A DNA stretch of 62,421 nucleotides, filler included, from Stramenopiles sp. TOSAG23-3 (GCA_900128585.1; 9 parts of 9 records of this genome joined end to end with filler, not necessarily neighbours in it), one strand, 5' to 3'. Counted from the whole stretch's first letter, positions 21,502 through 33,197 are shown. Program-made: numbers and translations. Notes: generated by a model from the sequence alone, not told the origin.

Positions 21502-24500
21502 ATGCCGATGAAGGGGCAGAGAAAGCATTTTAAATGGGAAGTTTTGACGGGCAGAAAGTCGTTATATGACATACGCAAATCTTCCAATGTTAAGAAGACC
21601 AATTTTTCAAATACAGTTTTGTCGGAGGCAAAGATGACCTTGGACCGTATGCGTTTGCGCAAGTTTGAGCTTGCACGGGCCTCTCCCAAACCCTCTGACT
21701 TTAAAGAAGGGGAGGACCCGTGGAATTTAAAAGAGTCGCCTGTCAGAAAGCGATTGGAAGAACGCTTTAAGAAAGACTACGACTACATATGTAAACTCCA
21801 TTCGGACCTTGAAATTGCGTGCAATCGGCTGACGGTATCACCGAAGTCATCACCACCCAAACTCGCTGACGTCGAAGCATCCACCGAAATGGCAGTAAAA
21901 AGTATCGTAGTAAACGAGTACAACATTTCTTTTGGCTATCGTCGGTCGTCGCCAATCGGAAAAATCGAACGCCCGGAGGGGCTGTCCCTGAAAGCATCAG
22001 CTTCTGCACCACAAATAGAAACCGTCCACTGTGCGCCGTCTCGGGCTAAACGACCAGACCGAAGATTGCGCCGCCAAACTACACAATGGGACAGGATGGT
22101 GACGCAGTCGGTAAACACAAACACCAGAGCCCCGATAAAGTTGCCCCCATCCGAGCAGGCATTTTTCACGCTTGCCGGTCGTGAGCCAAACAGGGTGTGC
22201 ACCCATTCCGATGTCCCGTATTCAGAGTGGAGGACGGCGATCGATGGAAAGGCAGAATCCAGCCGTACCAAGTACCTGGATGCAATTGGCCACCGGGCAA
22301 TTTTTCCCAAGGGAAGAGCCCCTGCACAATTTGCAGACGAAGGGCAGTATGCCGACAAGGTAGAGCACCCGTTGTACACAAAGCCAGCGCCGCACAAATC
22401 CATCAAAGAAACGTCGAAGAACCCGTTTCTAAATCTACCAAGATCGGTGTTTGTCAACAACTTAAAGTCAAAAAATGTATCGATGTCCCACCAGGACGTA
22501 TCGTCGCATCAGGCGTATGGGATTGCTGCCGCGTTGAAGCAGAACAATGTAATAGAATGCTTGGACCTGAGTCACAATGAGGCAATTGGACCGGTCGGCA
22601 TCGAATGCATCGCCGATGCCCTTCGAATTTATAAGCACGCCACGTGGTCCATGCTTTCCAAGCTAGACCTCTCGCGGACGAAATGCGGCGACAAGGGCGC
22701 GGAGGAGCTGGCCCGGGCCCTGGGCGATAACAACACCATAACAGAACTGTACCTACGATCGAACAAAATAGGCGACCGGGGCGCCCTGGCGCTAGCGAAA
22801 GTGCTCGAAGAAAAGAACGACACCATCAAAGTGTTGGACTTGAGAAAAAATGCGATCGGCGGCAAAGGTGGAGCAGCCTTTGGCAAGGCATTTGAAGAAG
22901 ATTACCACCACATCATACGGTTTTATTTGGGTTGGAACCCAATCGGTGATTACGGGGCGTCTGAAATCGCAAAGGGGGTGCTGAACGCTATGGGAAGAGG
23001 GCGCCCAACGCTGAAGCATTTAGACCTGAGCGCGTGCAATGTGTCCGACAAGGCCATGGAACACTGGACGCCCGTGCTGAAAGGGAAGTGGATGTCTATT
23101 ACCTACCTCGACCTGTCGCACAACAACAGGTTGACCGAGCAAGCGGCGAAGGCAATCGCTGACGGTCTTGCAGGAAACACGAAGCTGCGAACGTTGAAAT
23201 TGGGTTACTCCATGTTTGGTGTTCGTGGACTTTGCGATATTTTGAAAAGCCTCACCGAGAACTTCGGATTGGTTTCGCTCGGTTTGGAAGAGTGCTGCTT
23301 TGATGCCGACAGTGACGAAGTCCTTCAGTTCGTATTTGAAGCCTGCTGTTTTATGCTTCAGCAGCAACGAAAGGCCAGGTTGAAAAAATATCGGCAAAGG
23401 TCTAGTACATGCGTCATGTTAGAGTTTCCTCATCGGGCCCGAGAAGTCCATACGGGGCTATTGCTTCAGCAAAAGTACCGTGATATTTTGAATTGGGAGA
23501 GCTGCCATTCGGATATAGACGATAAGCCGGCAGCGCCGGAGGGGGCATGGAACCCGGAGAAGTCCGTGTTCAAAGAACGCCGAAAGAAAGGCGAGAGCAA
23601 AGATTTTTTCTGTACAGAAACGCTCACGTCAAGGGCGTTCGAGCTGGATTGGAAACGATGTGTCGGCGACAAGGACATGGCAGACGTGTTTCAAGTGGCA
23701 GACGAGAAAGAGCTGCACAAAGAACTGGAAGAGATCAAGGAGAGCATCCGAAGGCGGTATCGCCACATCATGGACGTGTTTACATGGTGCTCTAATTTTA
23801 ACGGGGGAGATCCCGGCTGCATGTCCCACATAGACTTTCGACGATTCCTAGAGATAACGTGTTTGGTGGGGGGCAAGACGACGAAGCGTGATTTCGACGA
23901 ATTGTTCACTCTTGCCAACGCGGAAGTTGACGAAGACTCGGCTGAGGGCGTTATAAACCCGGACAAGCAACTGATGCGGTTCGAGTTTCTTGAAATTCTG
24001 CTCCGCGCCTCGATGAAAAAGTACTTTTTGGCGGACCCAAGCGACGCAGTAGACAAATTGTTTGACACGCATTTTATACCACACCTGGGCATAGATGTCG
24101 TTCACGACCGGGACGACTATCGCAGAGAGAGGCTGTACACTATGGCGGTAGAGAAAACATTTTCCAAATGGTTGCGAAAGCTTAAGCTGTTGTTCCGGAA
24201 ACGAGCGGACCGCGGTAAGTACATGAGCTGGGAAAGGTTTTTGGAGTTGATGGTTTCGTTCGACCAGATAGACGAAGAGTTTAGCCAGCGGCAGGCCAGA
24301 CTGGCTTTTCAATGGTCGAAAATGAGGGTTTCTGACGAAATGAAGGGGTACCAAAAGCTAAAGATGCTGGATTTTGTGAGTTTGCTGGAAGTCATCGCAC
24401 GGATAGCCGACTACAAAACCATACCTCCGAAAGACACGCTACGAGCCGCAGGGTACAAAAATTTTAGTGAGTATCAGACTGCGTGGAAAAAGAACGCAAG

Positions 24501-24627
24501 ACTATGGCTCGGACGGCGCCCGTCTGCTGGCGGATGGCAGAAAAGAAAAACCCAGCCTCTGTCGTACAAGCTGGACGCTTTGCTCCAGTACTGGGAAGTT
24601 AAAGGGGTGTTTTCTCTGCACTTTTGA
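21502..24627 (+). CDS. RNI-like/NLRC3-type leucine-rich-repeat protein with C-terminal EF-hand-like region
   Basis: Repeated LxLxxNxIGxxGAxxLAxxL units. C-terminal helical region with degenerate EF-hands (LMRFEFLEILLR). Confidence 0.88.
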   Translation: MPMKGQRKHFKWEVLTGRKSLYDIRKSSNVKKTNFSNTVLSEAKMTLDRMRLRKFELARASPKPSDFKEGEDPWNLKESPVRKRLEERFKKDYDYICKLHSDLEIACNRLTVSPKSSPPKLADVEASTEMAVKSIVVNEYNISFGYRRSSPIGKIERPEGLSLKASASAPQIETVHCAPSRAKRPDRRLRRQTTQWDRMVTQSVNTNTRAPIKLPPSEQAFFTLAGREPNRVCTHSDVPYSEWRTAIDGKAESSRTKYLDAIGHRAIFPKGRAPAQFADEGQYADKVEHPLYTKPAPHKSIKETSKNPFLNLPRSVFVNNLKSKNVSMSHQDVSSHQAYGIAAALKQNNVIECLDLSHNEAIGPVGIECIADALRIYKHATWSMLSKLDLSRTKCGDKGAEELARALGDNNTITELYLRSNKIGDRGALALAKVLEEKNDTIKVLDLRKNAIGGKGGAAFGKAFEEDYHHIIRFYLGWNPIGDYGASEIAKGVLNAMGRGRPTLKHLDLSACNVSDKAMEHWTPVLKGKWMSITYLDLSHNNRLTEQAAKAIADGLAGNTKLRTLKLGYSMFGVRGLCDILKSLTENFGLVSLGLEECCFDADSDEVLQFVFEACCFMLQQQRKARLKKYRQRSSTCVMLEFPHRAREVHTGLLLQQKYRDILNWESCHSDIDDKPAAPEGAWNPEKSVFKERRKKGESKDFFCTETLTSRAFELDWKRCVGDKDMADVFQVADEKELHKELEEIKESIRRRYRHIMDVFTWCSNFNGGDPGCMSHIDFRRFLEITCLVGGKTTKRDFDELFTLANAEVDEDSAEGVINPDKQLMRFEFLEILLRASMKKYFLADPSDAVDKLFDTHFIPHLGIDVVHDRDDYRRERLYTMAVEKTFSKWLRKLKLLFRKRADRGKYMSWERFLELMVSFDQIDEEFSQRQARLAFQWSKMRVSDEMKGYQKLKMLDFVSLLEVIARIADYKTIPPKDTLRAAGYKNFSEYQTAWKKNARLWLGRRPSAGGWQKRKTQPLSYKLDALLQYWEVKGVFSLHF

Positions 24628-24926
24628 GGGGAGAAAAGAGAGATGAATTTTACAAGATACATAATTAAATTTATTAAAAACATACCCCACACTTACGGTA
24701 ATATGAGATATCATACGAGATAGGATTAGGGTTGGATTTGAAGTAGTATTGGATTTAAAATGAGAGTTTTAAAATGAGAGTCTTAAAACATACTATATAT
24801 TTTGTTTTTCATACGTTTTTTACACCCAAACAGAGGAAAACACACGCAAAAACGGCTTAAAATACCCTGTGCAAAAGCACGCTTACGAATCATCGGATTG
24901 CGACGCATTTCCCGCGACTCGCATCG

Positions 24927-26795
24927 TCATGCCTGCGACTTAAAAGCGATGAAATCCAAGTGAGTTGGGGGCTGGAGGCGATCTACAAGGTCGTCATCAT
25001 TTCTCAATGCTGCGTCAAGCATAGCGCGCTCTCGGCGAAGGTCCATGCGTTCAATGTAGTTGACAACGCTGCTCATAAACGTGTAGTCCGTCACACCAGT
25101 GCTTATTGCCGACACTTTTGCGTGCTTCAAAAACTTATCCAGCCCCCCAATATCGACAAAATTCATTGCAATACTGATGGTTTGCCCAACGTTTAAAACT
25201 TGATGGGGAACAGCTGCCGGTATGAATATAACTTCCCCGGCTTCTAAAACACCTTCATATACAGACGCGTACTTTGCCGTTTCAAACTCATCGCTGGGTT
25301 CAAAAATATCAGAAGGAAACGTATTCGCACGTATAGGATCTTCATAAAGCAAATGTCGGTCTCGTGGATGAACGATTCGCCACCTCTTTTTGCCAGAAAC
25401 TAAGCCCATCCAAGCCGCAGAGTTGCACCAATCGGCGTGAAGCGCCGACATTGTATTTTCTCCACCAATGAATATACTCGGCCAATAATCACGATAGCCT
25501 TTCCACAGGCGGTGTGTACTCCCTGGAACGCGCTGCATGATGTCGGCGCTGAAGTAGTTTGGCACGACAACATCGTGCAGCAACTCCGGGCACGTCGTGT
25601 TCAACGGAGCATCGTGCAAGTACAAATGCTCCAAAAGGCGCTTCTGCGACCCCGGGGCGAGGTCCTCCATCCACACGGCGTTCAAGTAGTCTCTTGCCAC
25701 TACTTTCTTAAACGCTTTCATGCGGGCCCAGCTTTGGGTGTCGTCTCTGTCGAGCTTTTTCAACAAAAACTCCCGATTACTACATATGTTTCGGATGCGG
25801 TCTACGCTCCAGGGTGGAAGCCCCGGCACAGCAGCATCGTCGGCGCCATGCAAATCTCGAAAACCTTCAATTATAACCGGCGTAGATGTGTGCGCATATC
25901 TCAGGTACTCGGCGTACGAAAAGTTAGAGGCGTGGACTCGATCAATTGCAAAACGTTCACCTTCTCCAACCCTATTGTTTCCGTGTCTATCTGGCTCTCC
26001 GTAAGCCGCGTCTGACAACAGCGTTTGAACGTAAAGCGATGGCTCAAACCCTAAAGGTTCTCCTTTCCCATTCTTTGCGAGAAGAAGAAAATATCGCAAA
26101 AGATCTCCCCTCTTTCTCCGCTTTTCAACTATCATTTCAACAAGCGGAGCCGCTTTCGCCGTTAAGACTTTGTCCAGCACTGCATAGTGCGTTTGGAAAC
26201 CCTCGTACAGAGAGTAAATGCTCTCTACTAGCCCCAAAGTCCGGATATCGTGGTACCCAACAGTACTTACCAATTCGACAATGTGCTTCAGCTCTGCTTC
26301 CCCACTCTTCCGCATCAAGTGCGACAGCAACGAGTCACACTGCCCGGAGTCAATTAGATATTTTCCACAAAACGCCTGCGCTATATTACGAATACTCGAA
26401 TAGTCGCCCGAATGGATTAAAATTTTCTGCATGTCCTTGTTGTCAAGAAATATTTCCATATCGCCAATGGGGGCAGAGGAGCCCAAACGATTCATGTTTT
26501 CGTACTCCTGGAGCATAACCGCCTTTTTCTCGTGCAAGTGGGCTCTTATCTCGTTGCAATAATCGACCGTTACTCCTCTGTCGTAGCAAAACGCCGAGGC
26601 CAAGCGGTCCGGGTCATCGTAGTACGTCATGCGAATCATTCCAGAGGCACTTTCCGCACGATCGTCATCTTTCGTCGGTGAAATGTTCACCTCGTAAAAC
26701 GGCAAGCCCGTCAATGGGCTAGAGCCGCACAAAAAACTGCCAAAGAAAGCCATAAGTAGCGGAGCCAGCTCGAAAACGGAGGGGCGAAACCTCAT
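24927..26795 (-). CDS. JmjC (cupin-like) 2-oxoglutarate oxygenase with N-terminal signal peptide
   Basis: PVII, IFIGG, SALHAD, GKKRW and GEVIFIPAAVPHQV give the HxD...H metal triad. Hydrophobic N-terminus. Confidence 0.9.
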   Translation of the reverse strand: MRFRPSVFELAPLLMAFFGSFLCGSSPLTGLPFYEVNISPTKDDDRAESASGMIRMTYYDDPDRLASAFCYDRGVTVDYCNEIRAHLHEKKAVMLQEYENMNRLGSSAPIGDMEIFLDNKDMQKILIHSGDYSSIRNIAQAFCGKYLIDSGQCDSLLSHLMRKSGEAELKHIVELVSTVGYHDIRTLGLVESIYSLYEGFQTHYAVLDKVLTAKAAPLVEMIVEKRRKRGDLLRYFLLLAKNGKGEPLGFEPSLYVQTLLSDAAYGEPDRHGNNRVGEGERFAIDRVHASNFSYAEYLRYAHTSTPVIIEGFRDLHGADDAAVPGLPPWSVDRIRNICSNREFLLKKLDRDDTQSWARMKAFKKVVARDYLNAVWMEDLAPGSQKRLLEHLYLHDAPLNTTCPELLHDVVVPNYFSADIMQRVPGSTHRLWKGYRDYWPSIFIGGENTMSALHADWCNSAAWMGLVSGKKRWRIVHPRDRHLLYEDPIRANTFPSDIFEPSDEFETAKYASVYEGVLEAGEVIFIPAAVPHQVLNVGQTISIAMNFVDIGGLDKFLKHAKVSAISTGVTDYTFMSSVVNYIERMDLRRERAMLDAALRNDDDLVDRLQPPTHLDFIAFKSQA

Positions 26796-27251
26796 CCTCA
26801 GTCCTACCTATACCTCGACGCTTCTTTACTTCGGCAACGCACGCGATCAAACGTTTATTGTTTATACCTCTGCAACAATGTCGTGCACGTGCAGCTCATA
26901 ATTGAAAGAACTAGTACGGGTGTTTTAAAAACATTAAACTGTAATACGATGCACTTTTTTCTTTCTACAATTCTTTAATAATANNNNNNNNNNNNNNNNN
27001 NNNNNNNNNNNNNNTATATTATTTTATACACGATGATCACACAACAAAGGTTCTTCTTCTCTTCCATCAATCCAAATTCTTTTTTGTTGTCGTTGTTTGC
27101 GCCGACGATGAGATTGATGATGAGATAGATGATGAGGCCACAGCGCCCAGCACCAACATTCCTTCACATTCCAACAACATCACCGACGGTTCCTTAATTC
27201 ATTTATTTTTATAACATGTACGTGCGTAGAAACGTAGTACTCTTTAAATAT

Positions 27252-28358
27252 TTAGCGTTTTGAAGAACGTTTGTTCTGATGTCGATTATCGAGCAGATTG
27301 TTCGGCAGCCTAGATGTCGATCGTATCAACATCAGCGCGTGCTTTTTTTGAGCCCCAATCTTCTTCTTTCGTTGTTCTCTCTCACGTTTGAACACGACGT
27401 TCTTTTCGTACAGGTCCATAATTTTCTGCCGCTGCACCTTGCTCACGGACGATCCCAAGCTGCAATACCAAAACGTTACGAACGGCGCTGTCTTCCTGTC
27501 TTTCCTCATGGACCCTTGGTCTCTTCCCCCCTTGGGGGTTCTGTAACGGTACCGTTTCCTAGGTGCAACGTAAAAGGGCCGAAGTTCCTTGTCTCGATCG
27601 ACCTTTTCAACGTAGTACGGTTTCTTGACAAAGTAGTTTGGCATGAGAAGGAAAAATGGTTTGTGGCGCTGTTTCTCGCTGGTGCAGAATTCTACCAATT
27701 TCTCGACATTGCTCTGACTATAGGGCGGGTTTGTAACCAGGGCATCGAACCCAGGGACTTTGCTTTCTTTGATAGCCTCATAGAAATTCTCACACTCATT
27801 GTACACCGAGGGAAAACCCAACTTTGAGAAATGCTGCTTTACAGACCCGGCGCAATAGTAAGGGTCGTATATTTGAATGCCCCGAGGGTTCGACCGCTTC
27901 ACTCCATCCATGGACGCAAAAATCTCGATCAGCGGTGCGATGTCTTCATACGCTTCAAACGGTGTTTCGCAGTGATCGTTCGGGTCCACCGAAAAGGGGT
28001 ATATAAGGGGTGCAGTGCCAGCCTCTGTCGAGTCCACCACTACTTTACGCTGCTTCTCATTCCACACACCCACCCGTACCAAGTCCCCTTCTTCGGACCG
28101 CTGCCCAGAGTAGACCACGTTTTTACGCCTGTCCAGTAAATAAATGGTTTCATTGTACACAATCCCTTCAACTACCAAGTCGGACTCTTCGTACTCTCTC
28201 TCTCCCCCTCTATCATCACGCAAAGGCGCAGGACTCTCCACTTTCTTCTTCTTCTTTTTCTTCTTTTTCTTTTTCCGTTTCTTAACTGGCCTGCCGTTGT
28301 CCCCTGGCTGTTCGCCCCTCACCCGCTTCCCTCCCCCAGCGTCATTCCCAGACAACAT
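27252..28358 (-). CDS. Putative SAM-dependent amino-methyltransferase (NPPY type)
   Basis: IYDPYYCAG (motif I-like), VTNPPYS (motif IV) and PFFLLMP. Lys-rich NLS-like N-terminus. Confidence 0.7.
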   Translation of the reverse strand: MLSGNDAGGGKRVRGEQPGDNGRPVKKRKKKKKKKKKKKVESPAPLRDDRGGEREYEESDLVVEGIVYNETIYLLDRRKNVVYSGQRSEEGDLVRVGVWNEKQRKVVVDSTEAGTAPLIYPFSVDPNDHCETPFEAYEDIAPLIEIFASMDGVKRSNPRGIQIYDPYYCAGSVKQHFSKLGFPSVYNECENFYEAIKESKVPGFDALVTNPPYSQSNVEKLVEFCTSEKQRHKPFFLLMPNYFVKKPYYVEKVDRDKELRPFYVAPRKRYRYRTPKGGRDQGSMRKDRKTAPFVTFWYCSLGSSVSKVQRQKIMDLYEKNVVFKREREQRKKKIGAQKKHALMLIRSTSRLPNNLLDNRHQNKRSSKR

Positions 28359-28790
28359 TCGTGCTAAACTACAACCGGAGGAAACACACGAACACTATAT
28401 TGATTCAGTAATATATCGTACTATTTCTTCCGTTGCTTTAGTTTTTTTAAATTAATAAGCAGCCAATGATAATTTATTTTGTCCTTTCTTTTTGTATGCC
28501 AATTTATATTTATATAAAATCGTTAACATATATTTTAGCATACTATATAATTTGTTCTTGTGTTTTATTCCGCCACCCCAGTACGCTATATTTTACCGGG
28601 GGGGGGGGAGGTTAGGGATAGGATTTTAAGGGGCTAGGGGCAACGCCCCTATTTTTCTTGTCTCGAAACCAAAAAAGGGGCGGAATCTTTNNNNNNNNNN
28701 NNNNNNNNNNNNNNNNNNNNNNNNNNNNNNNNNNTTAATTAATTAANNNNNNNNNNNNNNNNNNNNNNNNNNNNNNNNNNNNNNNNNNNN

Positions 28791-31700
28791 TCTTCCTCAT
28801 CACAGTCTGAATCCGGTCTAGCCAAATTTCAACACATCCATGAGCGTCGTCAGGGTTTATAACTTCTTCTGCCTCAATTAGATTTAAACCCGGTTGTCGG
28901 AAAGATATCTGTGGGGAAAGTCAGTGACGAGCGCGCGGAGCAAAGCCCTGGAGAGAAAAAGAAGCGCAAGCGGGTTGCTATGTCGACAAAAGACCTCAAG
29001 AAAACAATGCGAAAGTTTGCACAAACTAACTCAAATTCATCTCTTGGGGCACGTTCACCGCCCCGTTCTCCCAAATTCCAATCTATGAAAGGTTTCAGTA
29101 GCGCCGCAGCTCTTAGGGTCACCCAAGGGGAGAGCAGTGCGAGCGCAGCAGTAACGCCTGCACTATTTACAAAAGACTTGAGCGGTCTCCCAGATCTAAC
29201 GACTGGGGCTGATGCGATTGCTTACTTTGCAAAATTTGGGGATACCACTCCACTGAAATTTGTCCATTTGAATCGTGCAGAGACTGGAAATGATTTTCGT
29301 CCTTATGATTTAGTGGTAGTTCCACCCTCGGAGGTCAACGAAGAGCACTATGTTTTCTCTAGCAAGGGCGTTATGTACTTCACAAGTAAGCGAAGTCAAG
29401 AAAGCATCAAAAAGGCAGATCGAAAAGAAAAACCTACGAATATCACCCCCCTTTCTAGATGGGTTTATGAAGCAGCAGTTTTCAACATGCTTACGAGTTA
29501 CAAGACCTTCAAGAATTACTTGATCTGGAAAATGTTCAATAACTGGAACAAAGCCGTAAAATTCAGGCTGTTTTGCAAAGTGCGAAAAAAAGTAGGAAGG
29601 AAGCTGTTTATCTTAAAGAAAATTTTTCAGGAAACAATTCTCTCTGTGCAAGAAAAGACCGCGGTTTTCCGTTCCAAACCAGCTCTCAATTTATTGCAGA
29701 AAAAAACCCTCACGTTGGACCAATTTGAAGCGCTTCAAGCCACTCGGTTGCAAGAGGTGACGCAAGAATTGGACAAAATGTGCCAGGATTCATTTGCGGA
29801 AGCTTCGGATGTCAGTGGACACATCAAAGAGGAACTCAAGATTCTGAGGAAACGCCTCGCAGAGCCGAGCATCAAAAAGTCAATGGCCGATGAAAGGATC
29901 GAGCGCGAAGGGTTGTTGGCGGCTATTGAGGGATTGATGAAAGACAAAATAAGAATGATTCGTTTTCTTAAACTGATCGACCGAATGCTGATAGAAACGA
30001 TGTATTCTCACGGGTTGGAGACATACTCCATGTTTTTGGAACTGTGTTGCACGGTAAAATCAAGCTTACGCATGGGAGTGCTAAAAATAGCAATCGACTT
30101 AGGCCCCAACGAAGGCGATTGCCGGTACTACCCTTCGAAAGCTGCGCTGACATCACGTGTGGATGATCTTGCTGACAACATGTACACCGTAATGAACAAC
30201 GCTCCAAGATTATCTTTGCCTAGCGCTGCAGAGTTGCCCTTGTCAGCGGGGGAGTTGCTCCACAGGGACGAAAAAATGTTGGCAATGCGAGGTGAAATTC
30301 GGGATATAATTTCAAAAGGATATACGAAGGCGGACGAACACGGGTCTACGTTTGAAAAATACCGAGAGTTGTATGGATTTGTTTCCAGCTTTGAGCCTAC
30401 AATATACGCGGCAAACGCCCCGTCATTCGAGCGATTATCAAACGACCTTGACCAGTTGGGCACATGGACAAAAGACATTGGGCGAATGCGTCTAGAGAAG
30501 AATGTCACACCTCTACTAATGTTAGAAGCTCGCGGCTTCAAGCAAATGTTAAGCGACAAAATGGAAAGCCCTCAGAATTGCATAATGGACCTTATCTTGA
30601 GCGAGGGGAGAGATCTTGGAAAAGCCGTGATTGCCAAGTACAGAGATCATGTTCACCACTTAACAATTTCAGACTCCATGTCCCTAAACAAACAAGCTGA
30701 TTTTGTCGCTTCCCTCAAACAATCGGACGAAAAAGAGGCGACGTTGGAGGCAGAAGTTCAATTAATACACGACATATACAAGCGCCTAGATAAGATGGAG
30801 GTGAAAGTCCCCCTGGATGATCGCACGCAGCTTGACGATGTTATGGACTGGAAAGAAAAATTCACTGTCTCTCGCCAGGACGCCCGCGCCTATATCCGAG
30901 AAGAGGCGGAGTCGTACGAGGATAAATTAAATGCTCAAATCGCATCACTGGAGGAGCAGTGTGGCGCCGTCACTGGAAGCCTTAACCGCGAGCCATTCAA
31001 TGAGATCCCCGAAGAAGTCGCAACTAACGCAGACACCCAAAGGGTAATGGACGCACTGAACGAGGTTGAACACAGGAAAACCTCATTAGCGGCGGAAGCG
31101 GAAGAATTATCTCGTGTCAAAAGTTTATTCGATGGTGTTGACTACAATAGTTCTTCTATGGAAACGTTGAAAATGGTTCTAACGCAGAAAACCGACCTTT
31201 GGGGTCTGTTTCATAAATGGAGAACACAGTTGCAAGAGTGGTTTACCTCTGACTTGACAGTCATCTTTAACCCGGATCGCAACACCACAGGACTCAATGG
31301 ACCTGGGTTAGAGAAATTGGTCGATGAGTATTTTTCTGACGGGAATGCAATCAAACGGAAAATGCCGGGCGATGCGGTCGTAGAAGCGTACTTGAAAGAG
31401 GTCAAAGGTTACCGAAATAAGCAAACTCTGATGGGGCAGCTGGGGCACCCCAGTCTGTTGCCACGACATTGGGAGAAAATATATGAAATTTTAGGCCAAG
31501 TATATACAGATGCAGATACAACAGTAACACTGAAGTCACTAGAGGAATTTGGTGTATTTAATCCAGTACGGTTGGACGAACTCGACGAAGTTTGCGGTGT
31601 AGCGGGAAAAGAATACTCCTTGGAAAAAGCCATGGACAAAATGGAAGAAGAATGGGCCGAACAAGCATTCGGGGTGAAGGCCTACAAGGACACGGGGACT

Positions 31701-33025
31701 TATATTTTGCAGAGCGTAGAAGAGATCGAAGGAATTTTAGACGACCAGATTGTTCGTTCCCAGGCAATGCGTGGTAGCAGGTATATCAAACCATTTGAAG
31801 CACGAATAATATCGTGGGAAAAGAAGTTAAAGCTGTTGGAAGAGATAATAGAAAATTGGATGAAAGTGCAAGGCACGTGGTTGTACCTGGAACCGATATT
31901 CAGTTCTCCCGATATACGGAAACAAATGCCTGGCGAAGCGAAACGTTTTCTAGTTGTTGATAAAGTTTGGAGGGAGTTAATGGAGTCAACGGCGGAGAAT
32001 AGTGCCGTACTCTTCATTACTGAGAATGAGGGCGTGCTTGATAATTTAAAAAAATCCAATGAGCTCTTGGGCATGATCCAAAAAGGGCTTGCAGACTACT
32101 TGAACAAAAAAAGAATTTTTTTCCCTCGGTTCTTTTTCTTGTCAAATGATGAGCTTTTAGAAATCTTGTCAGAAACGAAAGACCCAAAAAAGGTTTTGCC
32201 CCATTTAAAAAAGTGTTTCGAGGGTGTTTATTCTCTGGAATTCAACAAAGAATTAGATATTTTAGCAATGATTAGTGCAGAAAAGGAAAAGGTTGTTTTC
32301 AAATATGAAGGGGTCAATGAAGAAGTTATAAACCCTGACGACGCTCATGGATGTGTTGAAATTTGGCTAGACCGGATTCAGACTGTGATGAGGAAGATTA
32401 TGCCGCTCAAGTTGCCGAGGGAAACCGTACACAATGGCTGAAGGAGTGGCCCGGGCAAGTTGTGCTTGGTGTTTCACAGACGTATTGGACTACCGAAACC
32501 ACAAAAGCTTTGCGTGAAGGTGGAAATGAAGGTATAAATAAATATTGCGACGTTCTACAAGGGTACATTGATGATATAATCCAAATGGTACGGGGGAAGA
32601 TACCCAAGGCGGTGAAGAAAACCGTCTCTCCGCTGGTTGTGCTGGATAAGCATGCGCTCGATACGGTGCGCGCTATGGTGAATAAAGGCGTGGAACAACC
32701 TCAAGATTTTAATTGGCTTGCCCAGCTTCGCTACTATTGGACTGAAGGTGGCGCTTCTGCCCAGTCTGGGAATCCAGGATCAGTTTTAGTGAAGATGATG
32801 AATGCGTACAGGGAGTACGCGTTCGAGTATTTAGGAAATTCCATGCGTTTAGTGGTAACCCCGCTAACTGATAGATGTTACCGAACATTAATGGGGGCGA
32901 TTCATTTAGATTATGGAGGGGCGCCCGCAGGCCCAGCAGGAACTGGCAAAACCGAAACGGTAAAAGATCTTGGCAAAGCTTGTGCCATCCAGTGTGTTGT
33001 ATACAATTGTTCCGACAACAGTTAA
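28791..33025 (+). pseudogene. Axonemal inner-arm dynein heavy chain (DNAH6/DNAH1-like), disrupted and truncated in AAA1
   Basis: RPYDLVVV N-terminus, linker (WLYLEPIFSSPDI, FPRFFFLSNDELLEILS) and AAA1 ([29 protein letters not shown]). In-frame TAA at 28860, frameshift near 32395, and loss of homology after NCSD at 33015. Confidence 0.9.
32936..33015 (+). repeat. 80-bp perfect inverted repeat, left arm (partner 38203-38282)
   Basis: GCAGGAACTGGC...TTGTTCCGA is the exact reverse complement of 38203-38282. Confidence 0.97.
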
Positions 33026-33197
33026 AGCACTGTTGAGAAAATTACAAATTTCACAGGGGGAGACTTCAACAATTGGGGATGTTGTTCTGGGAGAAACTAG
33101 ATTGCAAGATGCAAACGAGCTGATCCAAGACACAGGATTAAAAGAAGGCACAAAAGAATCGAATAAAAAGTAATTATTATATATATTATTAAAACAA

